DNA of 64,000 nt from Octopus sinensis (taxonomy: Eukaryota). A program made the position numbers and the translations under genes. The stretch lies in contig NC_042999.1 in the NCBI RefSeq assembly GCF_006345805.1, positions 27,218,001 through 27,282,000 on the forward strand, given 5' to 3'. The notes beneath the pieces are model-generated. The model saw only the letters and a list, made by a program, of their open reading frames with translations, had not been told where the DNA came from and made no database searches. Positions 50,483 to 64,000 of this stretch are shown one piece after another; position 1 is the stretch's first letter, and each line of letters opens with the position of its first letter.

Positions 50483-51699
50483 GTCAAGTAGTGTACATTG
50501 CTAAGGAAAATTAGTCAAGAAAAATGTCATTGAGGGATCGCTACTTGGTCGACATGCCTACCCTCTACAGGAATCAATTGCTATCAAATAACTCTACATC
50601 ATCTTTTAAAAGGAAGGTACTTATGTAAGAACTACGGCCGTACAGATGAAATCATTTGGTTCATAGAACTGCTCTAACAAGGTTGACCTGCGAGCTTCGG
50701 TTTCCATAAAAGGTTAGCCATAATGTAAGGGATGTTAAGTATTCAAGTCCATTGGTCAGTGGTAAGTTTAACAGATTCTATGGTATTGCATCTCCCTAAA
50801 TTATGAATGAATTCACACTGAAATGCTGTTAATTCTGGAAAATAACTTCACAGAGTAGGGATTGTCTGTGATAATTAGTAAACTTTATTGCTTTAAGATG
50901 ATTAATAGTTCTCACTACGAAATAAAGTAAAACCATTTATTAGCCTATTTGCTCTGACTGTAGTTAATTAATGGCCTAAGCTGGAAGGCAATTAAAGCAA
51001 GCTATTTCTAAGAATGTATCATTAGTGAAAGCAATAACAAAAAGTTCGGTCATGCAATAAAATTAATAATGATTTGCTCTATGAGCAAAAACACGCATTT
51101 GTTTCAATGTGAAGTGTGGTCAGCTGAATCGATCCGAGGATACGAATGATATTTATGTAATCAATATTATAAAGATAGACAGTAACGCGGACTTCCGCAA
51201 GATTTAAAGACTGTATTTTTCTGGCTGCTATCAAACTCAGTTAAGAAAGTATAAAATATATTTTATGAACTATAACCATTAATGCATCGTCTCTGTCACT
51301 CCTTGACTGTATCTTGTCGATAAAGATGTATATCTTTAGGACAAAGTATTATATTCTTGTGAATGGCTGCAGTGGATTTTCTTGAGTATATATTTTTTTA
51401 CTCATATATTTTAGTTTCAATACTACCGTTTTGCTGGAGCATTACTTTCTGGAGACTATGGGTTAAACCATTGACGGATTGGCGACTTGCCCAGGAGGAG
51501 CGAGTGGTATGTTCTCAACCCACACAATCCCCAGCTCCATGAGTTTGGTAGAATTATTCCATTGGTTGCTTTAGTGTTTATATACTCTGAGAGCACTGGA
51601 GACAAGAGCGGAATAGGAATCGTTGACTTAGCGATAAAAGGGTACGGAATTAGTTTAGAAGTACAGATGATATTGTAGTAACGGTATACATTCTCTACT

Positions 51700-53350
51700 T
51701 GCCTTTATACCATGGCTTTCATAAGGTCTCTTATACAGGTGAAATCGGTTATGTACGTCTTGAAATTTGTGAGTCAACACCTGCTAAAAAGACATGAGCA
51801 TGGTGGAAATTCTAGATAATCGACGTTCTGAACAGATGGAGCAGAATTTAGTGATTAATGAGGGGACACTGGAGGTTGGACATAGCTATGTTTGAGGAGA
51901 GTGGAGTCGAGTTGAACTAAAATGTCTAAATCGAAATTAGATTCGAGAAAGTGGGATCAGTAGATTAGTAATAAAACACGCAAATATAGGAGAAAGAGAG
52001 CTCTCCTGTGAGTCATAGGCTGGAGAGTGTCTGTGAGATTTCAGGCCAGTGGGACAAATCACCTTTCGCGAGATGCGATATTGGATGTCTGTGATGTAGT
52101 AGTAGCACTATCCCAAATGTGAAAGTAATATACCATTACGAGCCTTCTCGACTGTTTTAGAGTGAGTGTCGGCAATTGTTGGAGATTGAAGCATTTTCTA
52201 TCACAAATAAGAATACTCAGTCGTTGGAATGCGGTCCTTGCTTTTTGCAAGTAAGGATATGCTTTTTGCAAAAGATATCTCGGGAGGGATTAACGTCCAA
52301 CAGCTAGATCAGCTGTGTTGAGAACAGGTATGAAGAAAGTTTCTTGTTATGAGACAAAGAATAGTAACATCGAGTCCAGGAGCTAGGGGTTGGAGTTTAA
52401 ATATAATTGAGAATTTGTCAGTAGTTTTTGTGTGTAAAGCAGCAGCACCATCCTAGAAATATGAGGAGTATTCCAGTTAAAAACTAAAAGATTCTGAGGT
52501 ACTTCGCAGCTCTGAAGAGGAATCATAATATTTGTGATACTGTTATATCGTCCTCAAACACCACATGTTGCGAAATGTGGTGTGTATTCTGCGGTCAGAT
52601 GACTCGACAGGCAGGAACACTATTGTAGTCTGGTAAAGCTTAGTTTTCTCAATACGAAACAGATCAGGTGTATTTGGAATGATTGTAGATTTGGTATGCG
52701 TTTAGCGCACTGAGACAAGATGAAGTGAGTTAAATATTGCACAAGATTCAATTTCTGCGCCGAAAGTATCGGTAGAGGATGAGAGACAGAGGTAAGATGA
52801 ATTGTCAATTTTAAAAGCTCTGTGAACTATGATTGCGAAGATGGGGGTGGGGTGTAAAATATATGTCATCAATACTGTAGGGGAAGATATGTTCAAAATT
52901 ATGCGAGGTGTTAAAATATTTTGGTGACCGGTAGTAAGTATTTAGAGGGGTGAACAAAAATAGTTTTGCTTCAGACAATCTTGAACATCATTGTAGATAT
53001 CCAGGTGAAAGGTGTGGGATAAGGTGTGTAGAGTTTTCGTAAGTACAGACAACTTTAAGTGGGGGAGTTAGAATAGCGATCATGACCCCTGAACAACAAA
53101 CATAAGATAGGTGTTGAGAGCGTGTGTAGAAGAGAAATATGTGTTCTACCTGTGAGAGATGATGAGTGGGATGTTGATGAAGACATTATTGGAGGAGATT
53201 GAGGTGGAAATGTCCATTTCGAGAAAAGAAGAGGGTGACAGTGCATTCAAAGGTCATAGCAACGTCGTGATAGAATTCTTGGGTCAGGTGCCAACCATCC
53301 AAAAGGCACTGAAGAGACGGGTAGTAATTTCATATAAAACCAGTGTACTA
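51700..53350 (-). pseudogene. Highly decayed LINE remnant, probably RTE clade
   Basis: Minus-strand LQKARTAFQRL..TLTLKQSRRL..FH..WD..TSNI resembles RTE post-RT motifs; no intact RT motif seen. Confidence 0.4.
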
Positions 53351-53582
53351 GTGCACTAGTTCGACGAGGATGTCTGTTAACCACTGTATCACTCTACTAT
53401 AAAAGAATATTTAACATATCACAGCTTTGCCTCAGTTATTGATCCAATCTTTCAGCACTAAGCCTTGGGCATAGGCAGATATGTATTCATAGTGCTTCAA
53501 ATATACCCCCGCAGTACCGGGTCAAAACTTATATCTCGATTTATAAATTATATATGTTCACAGAGTTGCAAGCGAACGTGTA

Positions 53583-53616
<34 letters not shown>

Positions 53617-53797
53617 CCTCTCTCTGTATATATATTATCGATAATGGCCGATAACTAATGAAGAGTTGGTGACCTTGTGTTTTCTGTTCGCCTGTAAATT
53701 TAGTACATTTTCTTTTGTTTATTTACTACACGTCTTTACACATACACACACGCACACACATACACACACACATACACATACACACACATACACACAC

Positions 53798-53852
<55 letters not shown>

Positions 53853-54526
53853 TTATGTCATATTTTCCGGTTATTGACTTCTTTTTGTTATACATGTAAC
53901 GCACTCAAGAATGTTTTACCCATTTGTAGAACTATTTTTAGAATATTTTTGTGCCACTCTGTCTCTTTCCCTTATTTTGCTTCTCTTAATTTCCTTTCTT
54001 TCTTTTTTGTCTTTCTCTGCTACCCTCCTCACACTATCACGTGACCGGCAAACGATCTAAGGTTGTGTCATTCTTTTTCGCGTTGCCTTTAACCGCACTG
54101 GTCGCGATTTTGTGAGCTCCTGGCTCTACTCCTCATGTATCTATAGTCGTTTAGGACAGTTTTCATTTCTCCTTCGCGTCACCCAATTTTGTCTCGTCTT
54201 GCAGCCCCAAGGCATTTTTTATTCTATATATATTATCATGATTATTAACTGTTGTCTTCCTGTGGCCCTAAGCCTTTATTCTGTTTATTATTTTGTCCCT
54301 CATCCATCCACTAACGAACCCGTCTCGATTTCTTATGTTTTGGTCCCATTCCCAACATGTTCCTTGGCGGTGCCTCCAGAGTGGAAGCAATATTATCGAT
54401 AATGGCCGAAATTACATTTGACCTTTGTTAACTCTTTTAAGTATGTTTGCAAATATATAAACAAAGGTTTAGATGTTGCAACACACTCTCTTATGCAGAG
54501 TGGCAGTCAGCAGAAGTGACAAAGTT

Positions 54527-54528
54527 GC

Positions 54529-54563
<35 letters not shown>

Positions 54564-54608
54564 ATATATTATATATATAATATATATATATATATGTTTA
54601 TATATATA

Positions 54609-54658
<50 letters not shown>

Positions 54659-54662
54659 TATA

Positions 54663-54748
<86 letters not shown>

Positions 54749-54788
54749 CATATATAGGCATATATATATATATATATTATATATATGT

Positions 54789-54832
<44 letters not shown>

Positions 54833-54845
54833 TATATATATATAG
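54527..54845. repeat. (TA)n microsatellite
   Basis: Direct. Confidence 0.97.
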
Positions 54846-54884
54846 ATATGCATAGAGTATTAGGTGTGGTGTACAGTAATTGAA

Positions 54885-55195
54885 TATTGAGAAAAAATAT
54901 TGTCAGAATTTTGGGAATAAGTCTTTATTTCTTTATTATTAATATTAGCGCTTTCGATCGTTTCCCGAACTTGTCAAATAGTAGTTTTTGAAGGTACAAA
55001 CAACTTGCTCATTTATATAAAACAGGTGCTTTTTGACCCCCAAAAAACATCTGTTTTATAGAAATGAACAGGCTATTTGTACATTCACAAAATCCTATTT
55101 GACAAGTTCGGGAAACGAACGAAAGCGCTAATATTAATAATGGAGAAATAAGATTTTATTCCAAAATTCTGAGGACCTGTTTTCTCAATATTATT
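54885..55195. repeat. Inverted repeat (pseudo-LTR-like) with decayed hammerhead motifs upstream of the PLE
   Basis: Arms ~54885-54982 and ~55095-55195; tat-ttgacaa-gttcg-ggaaa-cgaac-gaaa-gcgct-a-ata. Confidence 0.75.
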
Positions 55196-55339
55196 TATAT
55201 ATATATATATACGATGAGTTTCCTTCAGTTTCTGCCTACCAAATCCGCTCATAATACTTTGGTTAACTTATATATGAACAATATGAACATGTATATAAGT
55301 ATACAAATGAACAGGTTATTCATATAAATACTTATATGA

Positions 55340-58040
55340 ATTTGTGTATATAAACATATATATGAGAGCTTACGTTGACAAAATTCAGGACCGACGTCTT
55401 CATTACCCTATGTAAACAATCCCGCTACAAAGCCAAATACGAAGCTATCGATGGTCAAATTGGAGACGATATTTAAAAACTAACGATTAGCAATAATAGC
55501 AGAAACAATGCGAGAACTATGGGTCAGAGATATTTCTAAAGACGAAAGCAGATCAAGAAAGTTATAGCAGCAGAAAGAATTATTTCTCCAAAATGTGCTA
55601 CAAGTTACGGTAAAGGCTCTAGAACTCTGAGAAATAGCATTAAAAGTGGACAGTCTCACCAACGTAACATGTAGTAGAACACGTGGCAACATGAACACTC
55701 GTTTCACTATGAATTGAAGATGAACTACGGTAAGAACCCTACCCTAATTTTTACGCAAACAAGCTAATGCACACAATATGAACAAAAAGCACAAACAAAA
55801 TAGATATTCCTTTGATCAGGCCATTAAGAGTAAAAATTACAGGCGATAATTTTCAAGACTTCAAAAGAGATTGCCTACAAGAAACTAGGCAAAAAAAATT
55901 GATCTAGATCTGGAAGTAAACCTAGATGATCCACCCACCTACCCAAGGTTGTACATAATACCAGAAACAGGACAGAAAACGTAACGAAACCATGTAAAAT
56001 ACCACAAGGCACAATGCAAAGTCTATGAAGCAAACATCAATAGGAAGATAAATCATAAAGAGAGAAAAATCCATTTTTCAACGTCAGGACAACAAAGACC
56101 AGAGAAAGAAAATAATCTAAGAGGAAACACTCAAAACAACTGAACATATAGATCCTAAAATGATTATTTTCTCTAAGAGATCTCGACAGTGATGAAATCC
56201 AACTTCTGTCAATAGTGCTGAAATCCACACTTACACCAATAGTTAATCACCAAAAATTCTGTTGTAAGTTACGACTTGCAGAATTCTACACTAATAAAAG
56301 TAATGAGATTGATTAATCCCTAGTAACGAATAAATCAAATTTCGCCCCATCAAAAGGTAGAATTAACTATCTTGGTCAATACATTGATATCCTTTCTAAA
56401 TTTCCCCCTAGACGCAATACTAATGTTAGGCCAAACAATAACAAATCGTAGATGTCTGCTCTTAAACTTATACAAAATGATCAAGCATTAATAATTAAAC
56501 AAGCAGCTAAAGGGAGCGCAATTGTTATTGTGGATAAGGATTTCGCTGTGGACAAATGAAAGACACAACGTTCTATTGTGAAATACCTTCCAATATAGGC
56601 CACCACATCATGAAGATCAGCAACCTGGTTTCAAAACACTACAACTCTCCGATAATGAAAGAAACTACGTCACCAATCTCGTGCCAAAACACAGCATCTG
56701 CTATTGCTTACCGAAAATAGATACGTCTGTTCAACATGATGTAAAAAACAAGAAAATGAGTACATAAAATTACTATAGTCAGACTAATTATAGTTGATCC
56801 AGCATGCCTTATCCACCATCTAAGCTATTTTATTGACATTGCTTTGAAACCACTATGTACCTACATATCCAGTTTCATCCGCGATGACATCGACCTCCTG
56901 TCCCATCTTCCCCAAACAGCAAAAACGAATTCACTTTTACTTTGTTTTGGGGTGATAAGCCTTTACACCAATATTCTATATGATTTAGGAATAAAGGCAA
57001 TTAAATATTGGGTATAAAAACAGAGAGCTGATTCCCAACAGATTCAAAGTGCCATTTATATAAGACACAGTCAGTCTTCTTCAATGGAAAGAATTACATC
57101 CAAATTAAAGGCACTGCGATGGAAACGAGGTTCGCTCCTGTTTACTTGAATCCATAGTAATGGGATATATAGAACAATAACTCTACCAAGAAGCAGAGGA
57201 AAGCTATAGCACTGAATTTGGAAAGTATATTGAAAAGGCATGGAAGAGATACCTTGGCGACTGTTTCATAATCTAGACAGAATCTCTAAATACTCTGGAA
57301 GAGTACAATATCCTCCTGAACAACCTACATCCATCTCTCGAATTTACGAAGGAGATGAGTAGTACCAAATTAACATTCCTATATATAATGGTAATTAAAA
57401 AGGTCACCACCATTACCACAGATATATATACAATAAACACACGGTTACACATCAATACATGAATTTTAAGTCGTGCCATCCAGCACATACAAAAAGAAAC
57501 GTCCCATACTGCCTACCCAGAAGAACTCGTACCATTGGAGAAGATGTGAATATCAGGAACAAACGCCTAACAGAACTAAGGGAATTTGTGCTCAGACAAA
57601 ATTACCCGTCTCTACTTATAGAGAATGGCATACAGCGGGCTATAAATTACCCATACAACAACTGAGCGCGACTCAAAGAAGAGGACAAGAACAAGTCATA
57701 CCATTTATAGTGGTACACAATCCATGTCACCAGAATATCTTCAGCATTGTCAACTCAAATCTACCAATCATTGCTCAGAGTAATGAATTAAAAAATATAA
57801 TCTCGGATCCAGCTATGGTTCTTAGTAAAAGACAGTCTAAAAATTTGGAAATTTTATTAACCAAGGCAAAGTTTGATATTAGCAACAAAGACCAGTCATT
57901 CACTCTAATTGAAATGATAGCCGATGTGGCACATGCAAATTCATACATACCGGCCAATATATGAACCCGAAAACGGAGAAAATATTTACAAACGCAAATA
58001 TGAACTGCAAAAGCAGAAATTTAATTTACTGCACTAAATT
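55340..58040 (+). pseudogene. Decayed Penelope-like element (Neptune-type: RT, Cys linker, start of GIY-YIG)
   Basis: IIKQAAKGSAIVIVDK, CLPKI, FGVISLYTNI, FNGKNYIQIKGTAM, WKRYLGDCFI, YMNFKSCHPAHTKRNVPY, RCGTCKFI, CKSRNLIYC. Confidence 0.88.
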
Positions 58041-58599
58041 CCTTATTTAGCAATTTGCTCGTTAGCTTTTTTAGTCTTCTTTCGTCGAACTTGACTTCCT
58101 TGACCTGCACAACATCGCTATTTACGCCCCTTCCTGCTGCTGTTGCACAGCTAACGGCTTATTGAGTGTCCATAACTTCGTTGGTTAACATAAAAATGTT
58201 CAGAAATTTTCTTCGCAAATTCACAATTCAATAAATAATTTGCAGAAATTTTCTATCCCGTAGGTCGAATATTGCAATTTTCCACAGGACAACAGTTCAA
58301 ATTTCAATAAAATTCTAAACAATTATAACAAAATTCACAATAACCGAACGGCAAAGGAACTCACATACCGCGGGTAATAACTGAAAACAACACCGTATCG
58401 TAGACGAAAAAAGGTGTCGCCTTGATAGCTAAATTTTTTATTACGATTATACAATCTTACATAGAGTGAGGCTTTACAAGATAAAGCAATTACATGAAAA
58501 TGTTACTATGAGTTGGAATGACCATTTAAAAAATTTTGATGTTAATTTATATAATTTAATTTGACTTTTTACACATGTCTGTGACACTGACATTCCGTG

Positions 58600-61500
58600 C
58601 CTAGGTCAGGGATCTTTGGTAATTATCCAAATACCCTGGCCTGAAAGTATTTTTGAACAAGTTGTTAAGTTGGTTCTCATCGAACCCCAGAGCCCCTCCT
58701 AGGACGTCATCATTTTCAGCCTCTACCAGCCCTCTATAGAACACCGAGGTGGTATGCCTGCTGCCGGCATTGCCCGTCTTGTGGATAAGTGTGAGTGCCT
58801 GTCGGGACTCCTTTTGTCATACTGTCGGATTACGTTTTTTTATGAAACCGGGTTTAAATCTCTCCATAGACGCCAGGAGCGGGAAGAATTCCTCTGCTAG
58901 CGGACTCCACACTTTATCACCTTCCAGGTGGCGCCAGAGATGTCTCAACCTCAACGCATGTCTGGGCACCATTAGCCAAGGCATTTCTAACCCACCCTTT
59001 AACGGTTCCTGACAGCAAACGGAGTACCTTACAAGTTGCTTTCCTCCCTTCCACAAAAAGCGAAAGGAGTCGCTCTAACTTGTTTAGCCACGAATGGGGG
59101 GCAAGGGACAATGGTCAAGTGGTAGGTGATTACAGATGCTATAAACACCTGTACCACCTCCGCCCTTCCTTTCAAGGATAGAGCCCTTCCGGACCAAGTC
59201 TGTACTGGGGCCTCTACCTTGTCTGCCACTTCGCTCCAATTCTTCTTCGTCTGAGAGTCTGGGCCAAACCAAACTCCAACCATCAGTCCAGTGACCTACG
59301 ACACTGGACGATATCGACTTGCCTCCTCCAGGTTACCGCATCCGATTTCATTAGGGTCGCTTCCCAACCTCTCCAACTTCCGCAGTAATGGCTCAAGAGC
59401 CAACACGTACAGAAGTGGAGACAAGGAACACTCTTGACGAACTGAGCGCTTGATCGAAAACGGCTCCGTTAGGTAACCGTTTATCTGGACCGTGGACTTG
59501 ATGCCGCTATACATAATGCAGATCCACCCGTGAAAACCCGGGCCCGACCCAGCCTCTTCGAGGACCGCCGCCAAGTAGTGATGGTCTGCCCTATCAAACG
59601 CTTTACTTTGGTCTAAATGGACCATTGTCCCAACTTTGCCAGATAATTTACCAACCCTGTCTAAGGTGTAGCGGATAAGATGAAGATTGTCCTGGATTGA
59701 CCTGCCGGGGATTGTGCATGCCTATGCCTTCCCTACAGGTTTCTCCACGATAGCCGTCAACCTTTTCGCCAACACCCTGGCCAAAATCTTTAACTGTACA
59801 TTAAGCAGAGTTATACGCTTATAATTACTAATACTATCCTCCTTGCTCGGGTCTTTCTAGACCAGCGTTACCACTCCCAGGCTCACAGAACTGGAATTTC
59901 TCCCATTCTGTTGCCAGTTTGTATAGACGCCTGCCAGTACATCCTTGAACAAGTCCGGCATACAACGATAAAACTCGTAGTGCAGACCATCCAACGTCGG
60001 TGACTTTTCCCCGACGCTCTCCCCAAAAAAGCGGGTGAAATGCTGGTGAAATACTTTCTGCATCTCATCCTGTCCATAGATCTTGCGCCCCTGCATTTTA
60101 CCTCTCTGACTCTCCACACGGTGTGCCCACTCGGCAACATTAATGCCCTCTCGTTTCCCTGCACATAGCTTAGATCTAACTCTGCAACCTTCGTGCTTCG
60201 AGTTGAGGTGACGGGACAAGGCCGTTCTCACCGGCAGTACTCTAGATGCAGAGCCAGATTCCATAGCCTTGTCTAAGTTCTAAATTAAATCGCTCTCTAT
60301 TCTAGCACCATCTAAACTTAGTTGATTGCTAAATCTACTGGACTCTAAACCGATGGTTCTTTTGAGGGCGTGCCACCATCTATTTTTGATGATGGCGCCA
60401 CTTAATGCCCTCTGTACTAACACCTTAATCCGGGTACACAAGGCTTCACAAGTCAAAATAGACTTGTTCATCTTCCAGTACCCGGGTCCCTGTCTATGAC
60501 ATTTATCTAAATGTACCTCACACACCACAAATTTGTGATCCGTGTAAGGCACAATGCAAAACTGAGGACAAGTAAAAGTATTCTTATCTCTTTTCCTAAC
60601 GAATACCCTATCTAAGTACGACCTGTGTGAGCCATCGTTGTTATTCCACGTCCATTGTGGAACGCTCGACTCCTCCAGTCAGTAACGGTCTACTAGATTA
60701 AAGCTTGAAGCTAGGATTCCTTTTCCTATCAGTCGAGTCAGCACTATCCACACGTGCATCGAAGATAGTGTTAAAGTCCCCAAATAGAACTACCATTTTT
60801 GACGTCACTAGTAAGTGTTCCAGGTCTAAAAAATACCGACTGCCCACGCTCGTTAGGGGCGTAGACAGGTACCAACCCGAATGACTGTTTACTCACGTGG
60901 GTCAAATCCAGGACGACCAGCCTACCTTCTGGGTCCAGAAAGACAGTACTTACCTATAAGTGCAAGCTCGTCCTGATAAGGACTTCCACGATCCTCTTCT
61001 TATTCGGCTTGGAGAAATAAATTTCTCGTAACCATTCAGAAGAAGCGAGAACGCATGAGTTACGGTTATCTTGGACTCGATTACAATAGCCACATCTACT
61101 CCATTTGTCGTGCGGTCGTGCAAGAAACAAGCCTGTTTCCATTCGACCCCATTACACTCACATTCACATAGCCCAGCTTAATCATCGATGACGAAAAAAT
61201 GGTTTACTCACAGTTGTGACAGAGAGCATGGCAGTTTATGTCTGCCTGCTTCCCCCCTCTCTCTCCTTGGTAAACGTAGCTGCTGGGCTTTTCACTGGCG
61301 CTGCCACCGGGCTCTGGATTGGTGTGGCTGCCGGGCTAAAAATCAGTTTGCCCTCCATCACCTCTTGAGTTATATCTTTTATATTGTTGTATTTCAAATG
61401 TTACTGCAGTAATTTTTGTTGCTGCCCTCCTCGCCACATTTAAAGCATCTGGGCCTACGTCCCTCCACCGCTTCCCGAATGGATAGCCCCTCCACTACGA

Positions 61501-62140
61501 ACACCCTATCGGGCAAATTTTCTAATGTCGTATTCTCTGCCCCGACAACCATTTCTAATGTTTGTCCTTTCCAATTTACCGCCTGTTTCTTCCTCATTTA
61601 TAGTATTGATATTTTCTTCTCTACGCCGTATAGGACTGCTGCCGCTACCCACATTACCTCATATCCTGTCGGGATATCATCCATTATTACTTTTGCTGTT
61701 CTGGACCTAAGTAAGTGGGCAGCAGCATTATTTCCTCGTTTTTAAAATTTGCGTTGACATTTCCTTGGCTACGCTAGCCGACTCGAAATGTGCCTCGATT
61801 GTGGGACTTCTTGCTCCTCGGCTAACGTAGCGTACCTTTTTCCATATAGGTGCCATGCATTTTTCGACGACTTCGTTCTTTGCGTCCATAATTCGTTTTC
61901 TTTAATGTTGTATACTTTGTAAAGAACAGTTTACAAATTAATCGCTTGTATCGTCTCCTGTAGCGGAAACAACTTAGTCTCCACCCCACTTTTTTAAATC
62001 AAGTTTCTAAACTTGAACAGTTGGTCCATAGTAACTTCCAGTTCTGTTACATTTCCGCCCACCGCGGCTGAAACAGTCTGTTTTTCCTCATTTTCCTGCT
62101 GGTTTGCCGCAGTATTTCCTTTTCCCATCTCAGGAAAGTC
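58600..62140 (-). pseudogene. Decayed Tx1/L1-clade LINE: ORF1 with zinc knuckle, APE endonuclease, RT
   Basis: PRCFKCGEEG..NYC; YTDHKFV..GPGYWKMNKSIL; LDQSKAFDR; SVRQECSLSPLLYVLALEPLL; GGLEMP; related to 16125-18250. Confidence 0.88.
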
Positions 62141-62423
62141 ATTATTTCACGATAAGTCAAATTCCATTAGAAACTATTTTTTCTTACAATACTTGTCACA
62201 AATGACAAGAAAAATTTTCAAAAAAAGTAACCAGTTCACAATTTTCAGTACAAATAAGATAAATTTTCTGCCTCGCAAGACGAAAATCACTGTTTGTCGA
62301 AAGACAACAGTTCAAAATCAGAAATATTTATTGCATTAGAAATATTGCATTTCTAAATGTTTCAGAGAGATTTATACAGTAGCAGCACAATAAAGTGATG
62401 GTTTGTTGCCAACTTAATGTGTA

Positions 62424-62655
62424 GTCCCAAGAAAGGGAAGAATGCTACTGCTATTTATCCCCAAGAGACACCGTTTCCAGTTGGCTATGTGACACAAGCG
62501 TACTGTGTTTTAAAACAGGGGAGATAAGCACCTCCACGCAGCAAAGCCAGGACCCAGAGACTAGTTTCAGAGTCTTTGCTCTTCATCACATAGTCAACTG
62601 GAAACGGTGTTTTCTGTGCCTAAATATCAGTAGCGTTCTTCCGTTTCCTGGGACT
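62424..62655. repeat. Inverted repeat (~85-bp arms) enclosing a truncated hammerhead-like motif
   Basis: acaccgtttccagttggctatgtga / tcacatagtcaactggaaacggtgt; minus strand tgatga-agag-caaaga-ctct-gaaactagtc at 62553-62588. Confidence 0.7.
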
Positions 62656-62756
62656 TCCACATTAAGTAGGCAACAAAACAACACGGTTAAGCAGTTCCGT
62701 TTACAAATATGAAATACCAAGTTCGAATAGTTTTGACGGGAAAAAAATATATCTTC

Positions 62757-62997
62757 TTTCTTCTAATACTTGTTTCAATCATTTGACTGCAGCCATGCTG
62801 GAGCACTGCCTTAAAGGGTTTTAGTCGAAGAAACCGACTCCAGGACTTATTCTTTGTAAGCTTAGTACTTATTCTATCGGTTTCTTTTTCCGAACCGCTA
62901 AGTTACGGGGACGTAAACACGCCAGCATAGGTTGTCAAGGGATGTTGGGGGCATACACAGACACACAAACATATACACACACATACAAATATACATA

Positions 62998-63031
<34 letters not shown>

Positions 63032-63157
63032 CGAAGGGCTTCTTTCAGTTTCCGTCTACCAAATCCACTCACAAGCCTTTGGTCGGTCCGAGGCTATAGT
63101 AAAAGACACTTGCCCAAAGTGCCACGCAGTGGGACTGAACCCGGAACAAAGCTGCTT
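62757..63157 (-). mobile_element. SINE family S2
   Basis: Reverse complement of 29225-29643. Confidence 0.88.
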
Positions 63158-63710
63158 ACCACATCACTCCTACACCTATATATATATACACAGATATACA
63201 TACATATATATATATATACACACATATATATATTATACATATATACACATATATATATACATAATATATATATATATTATATATATATATTATATATATA
63301 TTTATTATATAGAAGGAGCTTCTACAGGACTAGTACTGTTTCATTCAAGAGAAATCTTCAGGAAGCTATTTAACAAGAATTGTATTAGCATTATACATTT
63401 AGGCAGGTTTAAAGAGTGGTGGTGGGGACTTTTTTGGGGGTAGGCATAGCGCAAAATATCATACTTGGGGGAGTGGTCAAGGAGTCAGTGGTAAGTTAGA
63501 TGAAAGAATAGATAATAAAAAATAAAAAATAAAAAATAAAAAATAAAATATATGTATTGTATATGTATGTGTATTATGTATGTATGTGTGTATGTGGTAT
63601 ATATGTATGTATATGTGTATGTGTGTGTACATGTATATATATGTGTGTGTGTGTATATATATATATGTTTATATGTGAGTATGTAGAGAATAAGTATATG
63701 CATGTGTATA

Positions 63711-63756
<46 letters not shown>

Positions 63757-64000
63757 GGTATGTGTATCCGTGTATATATGTATGTGTGTGTGTATTATAT
63801 GTATGTATGTGTGTATATATGTATGTGTATATGTGTATGTGTGTGTATATATGTGTATATATATATATTATATTATATATGTTGTATGTGTATGTGTATG
63901 TGTGTGTATGTGTGCATGTATGTGTATGTGTATATGTGTATATATATGTATGTGTATATGTATGTATATGTGTGTATGTGTATGTGTTATATATAATATA

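Overview
AT-rich, microsatellite-dense eukaryotic DNA made almost entirely of transposable elements. The tRNA-derived SINE families and Dong/R4 elements suggest an octopod cephalopod (inference). No host protein-coding gene could be supported; most ORF-track entries are microsatellite translations. Contents: (i) 1.4-11.6 kb, a cluster of R4/Dong-clade non-LTR retrotransposons in (TAA)n tracts, including one near-intact ~4.2 kb copy, plus a ~550-bp TAA-bounded non-coding element; (ii) two decayed Tx1/L1-like LINEs, a decayed Neptune-type Penelope-like element (PLE), a probable RTE remnant, mariner deletion derivatives, MITEs, a Helitron-like element and many SINEs; (iii) the main finding, a near-perfect tandem array (25981-27850, ~3.9 x 475 bp) in which every unit carries an intact type I hammerhead ribozyme (canonical core, 7-bp stem I, palindromic stem III, very long stem II). 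It resembles a retrozyme or PLE-derived circular-RNA unit. A diverged solo relative at ~15.9 kb has different stem sequences but the same pairing, and several other minimal or decayed PLE-type hammerhead motifs are scattered across the window. All alignments and folds were done by eye, and element boundaries are approximate unless stated.
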